Part shown: positions 37,127-46,348 of the stretch, in pieces | How the letters are laid out: every line of letters begins with the position of its first letter | Position numbering within the stretch: position 1 is the stretch's first letter | From: an uncultured Desulfobacteraceae bacterium | GTDB taxonomy: Bacteria > Desulfobacterota > Desulfobacteria > Desulfobacterales > UBA5852 | NCBI GenBank assembly: GCA_913060875.1 | Contig: CAJXSL010000021.1 | Span: 15,017 to 79,016, forward strand | Length of the DNA: 64,000 bases | Direction: 5' to 3' | The notes under the pieces: generated by a model | Database searches by the model: none | Told to the model about the DNA's origin: nothing | What the model saw: only the letters and a program-made list of their open reading frames with translations | Made by a program: the position numbers and the translations under genes

Positions 37127-38455
37127 ATGGAGCAGTATTCATTGCGATTTCATATCTCGACATTGGGCTGTAAAGTCAACCAGCACGAATCCGACGTGCT
37201 CACCGCAGCGCTGAGCGCCCATGGCTGGCAGAGGAGCGAAGACGGCGACAGGGCCGATGTCTGTATCGTGAACACCTGCACCGTTACCCAGAAGGCATCC
37301 ATGCAGTCCCGCCAGTTGATCCGGAAACTCCAGCGCCACCATCCGGGGGCCCGCATCATCGTTACCGGCTGCTACGCCCAGGTGGCCCCCGAAGAGATCG
37401 AAGCCATTGAAGGCGTACATGCCATCGTGGGACACAGCCGGAGAGACGAACTGCCCGACATCATTGTCCGCACCGTCGGGCACACGGAAGACGCTCCGAT
37501 CCGGGCCGTGGACGATCTCGCCCCCGGGCTGCGTTTTTTCAACCCGGCAACGGCCGCACCCGGGGCCCGCACCCGGCCCTTTCTGAAAATCCAGGACGGC
37601 TGCAACAGCTTCTGTACCTATTGCATCGTACCCTATGCCCGCGGCCGCAGCCGCAGCATGCGTCCCGGGCAGGTTATCCGCCACCTCCGTCATCTCGGGC
37701 AGCAGGGCTACCACGAGGCGGTGCTGACCGGCATCCACCTGGGAGCTTACGGACTCGACCTCCAACCGGCCACGGACCTTGCAACCCTTTTGGAACGGAT
37801 CGAAGCGGAAAAGCCGCTGGCGCGCATCCGTTTGAGTTCCATCGAACCCCATGAACTGTCCGATGGGATCATCGCGCGTGTCGCCGCGTCGGCCATTTTC
37901 TGCCCCCATTTCCATCTTCCCCTGCAAAGCGGCGACGATGCAATTCTGAAAAGGATGCACCGTCCCTACTCCCGGGATTTTTTCCGGCAGCGGGTTGTCA
38001 CCATTGCCAAACGTTTGCCCCAGGCCGCGATCGGCGCCGATGTGCTGATCGGCTTTCCGGGAGAAGACGACCGATCCTTTGAAAAGACAGCCGGGCTTAT
38101 AGAGGAGCTCCCGCTTTCCTATCTCCACGTATTCCCTTATTCACGGCGGCCCGGAACCCCGGCCTTCAACTATCCGAACCAGGTCCCTCCCCAGGTCGCC
38201 AAAGAGCGCACCGCCCTTATCCGGGCGATAGGCAATCGTAAAAAGCAGGCCTTTATAGAACAGGCCGTCGGCCAGAAAATCGATGTGCTGGTGGAAAATC
38301 GGCGCGACCGTGCCACGGGCCGGCTGAAAGGCCTTTCCGGCAATTATCTCAGCATCCTGTTGGACGGCGAGGACAGCCGCATGAACACCATTGCGCAGGC
38401 CATCGTCCAGGATATGGATGACACCGGGCGGCTTGGGGGCCAGATCATCGCCTGA
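37127..38455 (+). CDS. mtaB: radical-SAM tRNA methylthiotransferase (MtaB-like, MiaB/RimO family)
   Basis: UPF0004 N-terminal domain (FHISTLGCKVNQHESD), radical SAM motif CNSFCTYCIVPYARG, and a C-terminal TRAM-like region. Confidence 0.8.
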   Translation: MEQYSLRFHISTLGCKVNQHESDVLTAALSAHGWQRSEDGDRADVCIVNTCTVTQKASMQSRQLIRKLQRHHPGARIIVTGCYAQVAPEEIEAIEGVHAIVGHSRRDELPDIIVRTVGHTEDAPIRAVDDLAPGLRFFNPATAAPGARTRPFLKIQDGCNSFCTYCIVPYARGRSRSMRPGQVIRHLRHLGQQGYHEAVLTGIHLGAYGLDLQPATDLATLLERIEAEKPLARIRLSSIEPHELSDGIIARVAASAIFCPHFHLPLQSGDDAILKRMHRPYSRDFFRQRVVTIAKRLPQAAIGADVLIGFPGEDDRSFEKTAGLIEELPLSYLHVFPYSRRPGTPAFNYPNQVPPQVAKERTALIRAIGNRKKQAFIEQAVGQKIDVLVENRRDRATGRLKGLSGNYLSILLDGEDSRMNTIAQAIVQDMDDTGRLGGQIIA

Positions 38456-38564
38456 ATTATCGTTCGTTTTACCCAACCGATTTTCTATCGGTTCGCATAG
38501 GATCCTGAAAACATGATTTTATCACAAATAATAATCGATTACCTTAACCCCTAAGGAGAAACTG

Positions 38565-39089
38565 ATGAGCTTTGAAAAAGTCGATCACAAAGAATCCGTC
38601 GACCGGCCCGTAGCCGTATTTGAAACCAACAAAGGCACCTTCGAAGCCGAGCTTTATGCCGCCGAATGCCCGGAAACCGTATGGAATTTCATCAATCTGG
38701 CCGAAGGCCGCCAGCCCACTGAAAAGGAAGGCCCTTTTTATGACGGCTTGACGTTTCACCGGGTCATTTCAGGATTTGTCATTCAGGGGGGCTGTCCCCA
38801 GGGCACCGGCACCGGAGGCCCCGGCTACCGTTTCCAGGATGAATTCGACACGTCCCTGCGCCATGACGGTGAAGGCGTGCTTTCCATGGCCAATGCCGGT
38901 CCCAACACCAATGGCAGCCAGTTTTTCGTCACCTTGGCAGCGACCCCGCATCTGAATGACCGGCACTCGGTTTTTGGTCGCGTCACCAAAGGGCTGGATG
39001 TAGTGCAAGCCATCGGAGGCGTTGCCACCGGCCCCATGGACCGCCCTGTCGATCCGGTCGTGATTGAAAAGCTGACCATTAAGCGCTAG
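38565..39089 (+). CDS. cyclophilin-type peptidyl-prolyl cis-trans isomerase
   Basis: It has FHRVISGFVIQGGCP..GTGGPGY.F.DEF..LSMANAGPNTNGSQFF. RBS aaggag. Confidence 0.9.
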   Translation: MSFEKVDHKESVDRPVAVFETNKGTFEAELYAAECPETVWNFINLAEGRQPTEKEGPFYDGLTFHRVISGFVIQGGCPQGTGTGGPGYRFQDEFDTSLRHDGEGVLSMANAGPNTNGSQFFVTLAATPHLNDRHSVFGRVTKGLDVVQAIGGVATGPMDRPVDPVVIEKLTIKR

Positions 39090-39240
39090 CCATCCAAATT
39101 AAAGCCTTTTGTTGACCGCGGGAGTATCTATTCTGTTGCCTCGCCTATCCCCTCCCGCGGCCAGCCCCAATATTTCATAAAAATATTTTTGCAAATTTGT
39201 TTTGACATGACCCGATATACAGGCTAACCATTCCGCTATA

Positions 39241-39264
39241 GTTTACCTTTACGTTAAGGTTAAC
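39241..39264. promoter_or_regulatory. 24-bp imperfect palindrome, candidate MerR-family operator
   Basis: GTTTACCTTTACGTTAAGGTTAAC matches its reverse complement at 20 of 24 positions. It lies about 155 bp upstream of the MerR-type regulator/acyl-CoA dehydrogenase pair. A TTGACA hexamer is at 39202-39207. Confidence 0.4.
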
Positions 39265-39418
39265 TATTGGTCATCCATAAACGGCATCTTTCGCCCCCTG
39301 GCGGCTTTCTCGCTCGTTTTCAATCCTCGAAATAGTCTACTATTCCTCCGGTTGAAACTCGCTCGGGCCTTGCCAGAAACCAAAACCTACCGTTTATGGA
39401 CGGACACTAATTATACGA

Positions 39419-39889
39419 ATGCCATTCGATCCGTCCACCATTGCCATTAGGGAGTCCATATTCGTGCCCCGTTCAACCCCATATTCTGACTATTTTACCA
39501 TTTCACAGTTGGCCGGCGAACTGGACATCAGTACCCGCTCGATTCGCTTTTATGAAGAAAAAGGAATGATTACGCCCCGACGCACCCAGGGCAACCAGCG
39601 TATCTACAGCCGGCGTGACCGGGCCCGCTTGAGACTGATCCTGCGGGGCAAACGCTTCGGGTACAGTCTGAAGGAAATTGCCGAAATGATCGGCCACACG
39701 GATCTCGGCATGTCCGAAGCCGAACAAATCCGCAAAAGCCTTCAATATGGTGAAAAAAAACTGACCGAGATCCGCAGCCACATCGAAGAACTTGAACAGC
39801 TGGAAAATGATCTGAATGACGTCAAAAAAAAATTGATCCGTCGTTTGGCGGAACTCGAAAATGGCGACGCCTCCCCGGGGTCATCTTAA
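39419..39889 (+). CDS. MerR family transcriptional regulator (LiuR-like by context)
   Basis: HTH FTISQLAGELDISTRSIRFYEEKGMITPRR..QRIYSRRDRARL. C-terminal coiled coil. Confidence 0.85.
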   Translation: MPFDPSTIAIRESIFVPRSTPYSDYFTISQLAGELDISTRSIRFYEEKGMITPRRTQGNQRIYSRRDRARLRLILRGKRFGYSLKEIAEMIGHTDLGMSEAEQIRKSLQYGEKKLTEIRSHIEELEQLENDLNDVKKKLIRRLAELENGDASPGSS

Positions 39890-39966
39890 AGCTGACTGGC
39901 CATTACATGATCACGGACGACGGTTCATTAAACTGTACATTAATTACTGTATTCTAAGGAATTGTT

Positions 39967-41211
39967 ATGTTTAATCATTTACTTTCAGACGAATCATTGG
40001 CTCTGCGCCGGGAAGTCCGGGACCTGGTCAAGTGGGTACCCCGCCAGATGATTCTGGATATGGACAAGGACCGCATCCGCTTCCCCAAGGAATTCCTGAA
40101 AGAGGCCGGGCGCCGCAACCTTATGGGCTGCCGCTATCCCCGCCGATGGGGAGGTCGCGGACTGGACTGGGTAAGCACAACCATGGTCATGGAAGAAGTC
40201 GGAACATTGGGGTACATCTTCGCCTGCGTTTTCGGCGTGGGCGCCGAACTGGTGTGCGATGCCATTATCCAGCACGGCAGCGACGACCAGAAGGAACGCT
40301 ATGTCAAACCCCTTCTCAAGGGCGACATCTTTGCCGCCGAATGCCTCACTGAACCCCGCGGCGGGTCGGATTTTTTCGGCACCACCACCACAGCGGTCCG
40401 TGAGGGTGAAGACTACATCCTCAACGGCCAGAAGCGCTTCATTGTCGGGGCGGAGGGCGCCGACTATTTCCTGGTTTATGCCAGGACCGATCCGGATGCC
40501 AAACCCCACAAGGCCCTCACCTGCTTCGTCGTCGACCGGGGCCCCGGTGTGGAGACTGAATATCTCTACAACCTGATGGGATGCCGCGGCGGGGGAGCCG
40601 GACGCCTGGTATTTCGTGACGTACGGGTGCCTGCGGAAAACATCGTGGGCCAGTTGCACGGCGCCTATGCCGTGTTCAACACCATGATGATTCCCGAGCG
40701 GCTGGGCACCGCCGCCATGACCATCGGCGCGGCCCGTCCGGCCCTCGATGTGGCCACCCGCTACACCAGCCGCCGCAAGGCTTTCGGACAGATCATCAAC
40801 CAATTTCAGGGGGTCAGCTTCCAGATCGCCGAAGCCGCCATGTTGCTGGACGCCTGCCGTGCAATGGCCTACACGACCGCTCACGCCGTCGATGCCGGCA
40901 GTCCGCCTCACTTTATCCGCCGCCAGGTTTCCGAAACCAAGAAATTCATAACCGAATCGTGCCAGAAGGTCGCCCATAATGCCATGCAGGTCATGGGCGG
41001 CATCGGGTACACCGACATATTTCCGGTGGAACGCATTGTCCGCGACCTGCGCCTGGCCTCCATCTGGACGGGCAGCAACGAGGTCATGGCCATGATCATT
41101 GCCAATGAATGGTACCGCGAGCAAATGAATCCCGACCAGACCGGCAGTGTCCGCCTCATCGACGACGATGCGGAAAGCGCCTTTGTGGAAGGAGAAAAAA
41201 TTTATGAGTAG
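39967..41211 (+). CDS. acyl-CoA dehydrogenase family protein
   Basis: 414 aa. It has ..FAAECLTEPRGGSDF.. and ..QVMGGIGYT.. RBS aagga. Confidence 0.9.
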   Translation: MFNHLLSDESLALRREVRDLVKWVPRQMILDMDKDRIRFPKEFLKEAGRRNLMGCRYPRRWGGRGLDWVSTTMVMEEVGTLGYIFACVFGVGAELVCDAIIQHGSDDQKERYVKPLLKGDIFAAECLTEPRGGSDFFGTTTTAVREGEDYILNGQKRFIVGAEGADYFLVYARTDPDAKPHKALTCFVVDRGPGVETEYLYNLMGCRGGGAGRLVFRDVRVPAENIVGQLHGAYAVFNTMMIPERLGTAAMTIGAARPALDVATRYTSRRKAFGQIINQFQGVSFQIAEAAMLLDACRAMAYTTAHAVDAGSPPHFIRRQVSETKKFITESCQKVAHNAMQVMGGIGYTDIFPVERIVRDLRLASIWTGSNEVMAMIIANEWYREQMNPDQTGSVRLIDDDAESAFVEGEKIYE

Positions 41212-41273
41212 AATCTAAAGCCGGTTATCATCACGGGGCTCAGGTTATACGTACCGGCCACACCATCTATTGG

Positions 41274-42140
41274 GTGCCGGGCGAAAATACGCGGGATCAT
41301 TTGCTATCGGGAGCATCACCATTGCATCGCATCATCAAGAAAACTTTCGGTCCTGTTCATGCCGTTCATCTCGGATATGGCCCCATCGGCCCGCCCATCA
41401 TGGGTGTCTATTTTTATTATCTGGACGGTGTGCTGATCGACACGGGCCAGAGCAACATGCGCCGCCAAGCCCTCGCGGCCATGGAAAGCCTGCCCATCCA
41501 CACCATTTTGCTGACCCACCACCACGAAGATCACAGCGGCAATGCAGCCGCTTTCCATAACCAATTCCGGGCACCGGTTTATGGGCATCCCCTGGCCGCA
41601 GCCAAACTGGCAACAGGCTACCGCATTCTGCCCTACCAGCACCTGATCTGGGGCCGGACCGCCAGACTCCGGGTCGACCCCTTCCCCGACATCATCGAAT
41701 CGGGCACATACCGGCTGGAACCGGTGGCCACCCCCGGCCACAGCAAGGATCATGTGGCCTTTCTGGAAAAAAGCCAGGGCTGGTTGTTTGCCGGTGATCT
41801 CTTTATCGGCGAACGCATCAAATTCTTCCGTTCGGACGAGGACATCCACCAGCAAATCGACTCCCTGGAGAAAGTTCTGGCACTCGACTTCGATGCCCTT
41901 TTCTGCGCCCACAACCCCTGTCCACAGAACGGCAAACGCCACCTGGCGCGCAAGCTGGACTTCCTGCGGGCATTGCGTGAGAAAGTTGGGAATTTGAATG
42001 GCCGGGGTTATCCGGAAAAGGAAATTATCCGTCGCCTCGATCCGCGAACCGATCGACAAGTCAAATGGATGACCATGGGAAACGCCAGTTTTGCCAATAT
42101 GGTGAAGTCCGCCTTGCGGCCGGTCCATGCTTCGCCGTGA
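41274..42140 (+). CDS. MBL-fold metallo-hydrolase
   Basis: It has LIDTG.., the LLTHHHEDHSGN (HxHxDH) motif and ..TPGHSKDH. The start is uncertain (GTG 41274 or TTG 41322). Confidence 0.8.
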   Translation: MPGENTRDHLLSGASPLHRIIKKTFGPVHAVHLGYGPIGPPIMGVYFYYLDGVLIDTGQSNMRRQALAAMESLPIHTILLTHHHEDHSGNAAAFHNQFRAPVYGHPLAAAKLATGYRILPYQHLIWGRTARLRVDPFPDIIESGTYRLEPVATPGHSKDHVAFLEKSQGWLFAGDLFIGERIKFFRSDEDIHQQIDSLEKVLALDFDALFCAHNPCPQNGKRHLARKLDFLRALREKVGNLNGRGYPEKEIIRRLDPRTDRQVKWMTMGNASFANMVKSALRPVHASP

Positions 42141-42405
42141 TTCGGCCTACCCGATAGAGCGTCGGCGGGATGTCGCCATATAGCGCGCACCTGTGATAAT
42201 CCCGTAAAAAGTACCTTGACTGTCATTACGGGATTGATCCGGAATCTGTTGCATCATCATGTCATTCACTTAACCCGAATATTTCATGAAATTTTTCTGC
42301 GAAATTATTTTCCGTAAATATATCGCTAATATAAGCACTGTTCGAGGCGCGATTTCCGGTGACAGTTTGTACCCTGTGCCGATTTCCAGGCACGCAGTAA
42401 AAATT

Positions 42406-42532
42406 CACCCTGCGGGCGCGTCCGAGATGCCCATTGGCCGCGTTATCTGGGGCTTGCGGTAGCAGAAGTACAGCGGGGACCCTGATGCCTTGCCAATAAA
42501 CATCTCGAACGCGTGAAATATTCGGGTTGAGG
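42406..42532 (+). repeat. about 125-nt dispersed repeat, copy 2
   Basis: It aligns with 35216-35340. The 3' motif gaacgcgtgaaata(t/c)tcgg recurs at 42650-42667. It is followed by the gccggctttcgccggc hairpin and an attgcgacacagc half-site. Confidence 0.75.
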
Positions 42533-42675
42533 AGATGCCGGCTTTCGCCGGCATGACGGACAAGAACAAGAGACTTCGCGTAATTGCGACACAGCCTCTT
42601 TCGCCAGAATGACGTCAAAACGAAATTTGTAAATTTTTACGGTGCCATCAACGCGTGAAATACTCGGACTGACAC

Positions 42676-43434
42676 TCAGGAAATGCCGCGTTCTTTCTTG
42701 ATGGCCTCATAGGCCTCCTGAATTTCGCGGAACTTGTTTTCAGCAAAATCCGTAAACTCCTCGGGCAGTCCCTTGGAGGCAATACGATCCGGATGAAATT
42801 CCTTCACCAGCGTGCGGTAGCGGGCCTTGATCTCTTCTTCGGATGCCTCCGGCGTTACCCCAAGGGTGCTGTAATGCTGCCCATCCTTCTTACCAGGGTG
42901 AGCCCGCAGGGGCTCGTCGTCGGGTTCCGGCAATCCGAATATCCGGGCTGCCCGCCGGATCAGTTCTACCTCGGCGGCGCTGAAATCGCGGTCTGCCAGG
43001 GCCACCCGCCTGAGAATGTCCAGCATGAAGGCCAAAATTTCCGGTCGGTGCCGAAAGGCGTTGTAAAACTGGACCGCAAAATCATCGAAGGAGTGGGGCG
43101 ACGTCTTGGCGGTGTTGAAGATATCGATGGCCACCCGGCGGCTTGCCGGACTCAGCCTCAGGTCGTTCTTCATAAACCGTTCGATGGCCGCGATCTCGTC
43201 CTCGGTCACCCGGCCATCGGCCTGCACCAGCTTGGCCAGCATGGAGAAGGCGGCCACAAAAAACGTCATCTGGGCGTCCTCATGGGTGCTCAGGCGGGCA
43301 CCCGCCATCCCCCCCCGGGTCATCTCTTTCGTCTGGTCGAAAAAATGCCCGAATGTAGCCCCCGCAATGGCCCCCAGCGGCCCGCCCAACGCCAATCCAA
43401 TGGTGCCGCCTACGATTTTACCCATCCAACCCAT
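42676..43434 (-). CDS. djlA: co-chaperone DjlA (TerB-like domain + C-terminal J domain)
   Basis: N-terminal Gly-rich TM segment. The central region reads ..LVQADGRVTEDEIAAIERF.. The C-terminal part HYSTLGVTPEASEEEIKARYRTLVKEFHPDR carries the HPD motif. Confidence 0.85.
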   Translation of the reverse strand: MGWMGKIVGGTIGLALGGPLGAIAGATFGHFFDQTKEMTRGGMAGARLSTHEDAQMTFFVAAFSMLAKLVQADGRVTEDEIAAIERFMKNDLRLSPASRRVAIDIFNTAKTSPHSFDDFAVQFYNAFRHRPEILAFMLDILRRVALADRDFSAAEVELIRRAARIFGLPEPDDEPLRAHPGKKDGQHYSTLGVTPEASEEEIKARYRTLVKEFHPDRIASKGLPEEFTDFAENKFREIQEAYEAIKKERGIS

Positions 43435-43588
43435 CGCAAAAACCTTTCCTTTTGATAGCTTACTTCCAAAGAACTATTGTAAGGCTGTGGAGCTGTCAAG
43501 TTATCCGTCCGGATAGCGCGAGGCCGGAACATTTCCAGGATGCCACGGATTCTATACTACTTTTCGCCACCGGAGAGAATTATCCACT

Positions 43589-43629
43589 AAAAAAGGGGGC
43601 CAGAACTTTCGAAAGTGTTCTGTACCCCC
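43589..43629 (-). terminator. rho-independent terminator after tRNA-Leu
   Basis: The minus strand reads gggggtacagaac-actttcgaaa-gttctggccccc, followed by tttttt. Confidence 0.7.
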
Positions 43630-43640
43630 TGATTTTCCTG

Positions 43641-43727
43641 TGGTGCCGAAGGGGAGATTCGAACTCCCACATCCGTACGGATACTAGACCCTGAACCTAG
43701 CGCGTCTACCAGTTCCGCCACTTCGGC
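43641..43727 (-). tRNA. tRNA-Leu (anticodon CAG)
   Basis: The reverse complement is GCCGAAGTGGCGGAACTGGTAGACGCGCTAGGTTCAGGGTCTAGTATCCGTACGGATGTGGGAGTTCGAATCTCCCCTTCGGCACCA. It has a long variable arm. The anticodon loop is TTCAGGG. Confidence 0.9.
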
Positions 43728-43833
43728 ACACCGGAATGCGTGAATGAAAACCATTGATTAATCACGCAAGATGGACTATCTATACCGCTTTACTTTGCGT
43801 GTCAAGAAAATATTGCAGGATATTCAAATCCCC

Positions 43834-44769
43834 ATGAAAATCATCGAACGTATTGAGGACATTGACAAACCATTCACAAATGCCGTCGTAACCATCGGGA
43901 ACTTCGACGGCGTACACATCGGCCACCAGAGCTTGTTCCACGAGGTTGTCCAGAAAGCCAATCACCTCCGGGGAACCTCGCTGGCCATGACGTTTGACCC
44001 TCACCCGCTGAGGGTGCTCACTAATCGCCGCCATCCCCCGCTGATCACGCTCAATGAACAGAAAAAAGAACTCATCGCCGCCACCGAACTAGATGTCCTG
44101 ATCGTTGTTCCGTTTACCCAAGAATTCGCCGCCATCTCAGCCCGGGATTTTATTACCGAATTGTTGGTCAAGCGTATCGGCATGAAGGCGATCATCGTCG
44201 GCCAGGACTATTCTTTCGGGAAAAACCGCGAAGGTGATATTCATTTGTTGCAGGAATTGGGGAGGCAGGAGGAGTTTGAGGTCATTCTGGCCGATTGGAT
44301 CAAGTCCTCCCATCAAAATAAAGATCGCATCAGCAGCACCCGGATTCGCGAACTGGTTGCCGCCGGTGATATCGAAAAAGCCCAAAAGCTTCTGGGCCGG
44401 CACTACCAGATCCGTGGTACCGTAATCGCCGGGCGCAACCGGGGCGGCAAATTGTTGGGATTCCCCACCGCCAACCTGGCCCTGCACGACGAACTCTGTC
44501 CCAAGACCGGCATCTATGCGGTTACGGTGGATTGGGAAGGCGGGAATCATCATGGCGTCGCCAATATCGGGTACAGCCCGACTTTTGACGATCACCTCTT
44601 CACCGTGGAGGTTCACATCCTTGATTTCGATCAGGATCTTTATGGCAAACAGATTAAAATCAATTTCCTGAAACGTATCCGGGACGAGATCAAGTTCGAC
44701 AGCATCGAGGCTCTTTCCCGTCAAATTCGAAACGATATCGCTGTGGCGCGTGACTTGCTGAATGATTAA
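43834..44769 (+). CDS. ribF: bifunctional riboflavin kinase / FAD synthetase
   Basis: It has VVTIGNFDGVHIGHQ.. and ..GFPTANL..GVANIGYSPTF. ATG 43834 is preferred. The ORF is open from 43771. Confidence 0.9.
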   Translation: MKIIERIEDIDKPFTNAVVTIGNFDGVHIGHQSLFHEVVQKANHLRGTSLAMTFDPHPLRVLTNRRHPPLITLNEQKKELIAATELDVLIVVPFTQEFAAISARDFITELLVKRIGMKAIIVGQDYSFGKNREGDIHLLQELGRQEEFEVILADWIKSSHQNKDRISSTRIRELVAAGDIEKAQKLLGRHYQIRGTVIAGRNRGGKLLGFPTANLALHDELCPKTGIYAVTVDWEGGNHHGVANIGYSPTFDDHLFTVEVHILDFDQDLYGKQIKINFLKRIRDEIKFDSIEALSRQIRNDIAVARDLLND

Positions 44770-44893
44770 TTGCCAATACCGTTCCCGGTTTTGACAATAC
44801 CTTAAAAATTCATCATATTTTGTACAGTTCCACCTTGATAAAAATGCAACAATGAAAGATAGGGGCTGCGCACAACCAAAGTGAAAGGCTGCC

Positions 44894-45406
44894 ATGACCG
44901 TTCGCAACATTCTAACTTACCCCGACAAATTTCTGCGAAAAAAAACTGCACCCGTCACCGCCTTCGACGACAGCCTGCAATTGCTGATCGATGACATGAT
45001 CGAAACCATGTACGATGAACCGGGCGTCGGGCTGGCCGCGACTCAAATCGGTTCGGGCCAGAGTGTCATTGTCTACGACATCACCCCGGAAGAGGGCGAA
45101 CGCCAGGCTGAGGCTCTGATCAACCCCGAAATCGTTTTTCGCGAAGGGTCATTGCTGTCGGAAGGCGAGGGATGCTTGAGTGTGCCCGACTTTCGGGCTG
45201 ATGTGAAGCGCAATGCACACGTTCGTGTCGAAGGCCAGGACCGCCAGGGCAATCCGGTGGTTATCGATGCGGAAGGGTTTCAGGCCATTGTGCTCCAGCA
45301 TGAAATCGATCATTTGAACGGCATCCTGTTCATCGACCGCATCAGTTCCCTGAAGCGTGAGATGTACAAACGTAAACGCCGCAAACAACTTCGGCAGCAG
45401 ACATGA
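44894..45406 (+). CDS. def: peptide deformylase
   Basis: It has GVGLAATQIG, EGCLS and QHEIDHLNG motifs. Confidence 0.95.
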   Translation: MTVRNILTYPDKFLRKKTAPVTAFDDSLQLLIDDMIETMYDEPGVGLAATQIGSGQSVIVYDITPEEGERQAEALINPEIVFREGSLLSEGEGCLSVPDFRADVKRNAHVRVEGQDRQGNPVVIDAEGFQAIVLQHEIDHLNGILFIDRISSLKREMYKRKRRKQLRQQT

Positions 45407-46341
45407 AATCATTTCGCATCATCTTCATGGGCACACCGGATTTTGCCGTGCCGGCATTGAAAGCCCTGCACGCCAGCCGGCACGAAGTCCAGGCGGTTCT
45501 GACCCAGCCGGATCGTCCCAAGGGACGGGGCCGCAAACTGGCACCGCCTCCGGTCAAAGTGGCGGCCCAGCAAATGGGCTACGATGTCCAGCAATACGGC
45601 TGTATCCATGAGACGGAATGCCTTTCCTTCATGCAGGGCAAAACGCCGGATCTTTTCGTGGTCATTGCCTTCGGGCGCCTTTTGAAACCGCATCATTTCT
45701 GTATCCCGGCGGATGGGGTCATCAACGTACATGCCTCGCTCCTCCCCCGCTACAGAGGACCGGCCCCGATTCAATGGGCGCTGATCAACGGGGACCAGGA
45801 AACCGGCGTCACAACGATGAATATGGCCGAGGAACTGGATGCCGGGGACATCCTGCTGCAGGCCCGCACCCCCATTAAAGCCGACGATACCGCCGCCACC
45901 CTGCATGACCGCATGGCTGAATTGGGGGCGTCCCTGCTCATCGAAACATTGGATCAACTTGCTGAAAATCGCATCCAACCCGTCAAGCAGGACCCGGCGC
46001 TCGTCACCTTCGCCCCCCTCCTGGCCAAGAAAGACGGACAGATCCGCTGGAACAAGCCAACCGCTGCCATCGACGCCTTTATCCGCGGCATGACACCCTG
46101 GCCGGGTGCGTTTACCTTTCTGGGGGATCTGCGGCTGAAAATCTTCAAGGTCCGACCGGCCATCCTGCCGGAGCCCGCCCCGCCCGGCACCATCCTCCCG
46201 GGCTTTTCCAAAGAGATACGCGTGGCCACCGGCGACGGCGCCCTCTCAATCCTGGAAATCCAGAGCGCCTCCGGACGCCGCATGGCCACCGCGGACTTTC
46301 TCAAAGGGACCGCCATCATTCCCGGCTCACGGCTGGAATAG
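45403..46341 (+). CDS. fmt: methionyl-tRNA formyltransferase
   Basis: It has IIFMGTPDFAVP.. and ..NVHASLLPRYRGPAPIQWA. It overlaps the def stop by 4 nt. Confidence 0.95.
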   Translation: MKSFRIIFMGTPDFAVPALKALHASRHEVQAVLTQPDRPKGRGRKLAPPPVKVAAQQMGYDVQQYGCIHETECLSFMQGKTPDLFVVIAFGRLLKPHHFCIPADGVINVHASLLPRYRGPAPIQWALINGDQETGVTTMNMAEELDAGDILLQARTPIKADDTAATLHDRMAELGASLLIETLDQLAENRIQPVKQDPALVTFAPLLAKKDGQIRWNKPTAAIDAFIRGMTPWPGAFTFLGDLRLKIFKVRPAILPEPAPPGTILPGFSKEIRVATGDGALSILEIQSASGRRMATADFLKGTAIIPGSRLE

Positions 46342-46348
46342 CGCTGCC

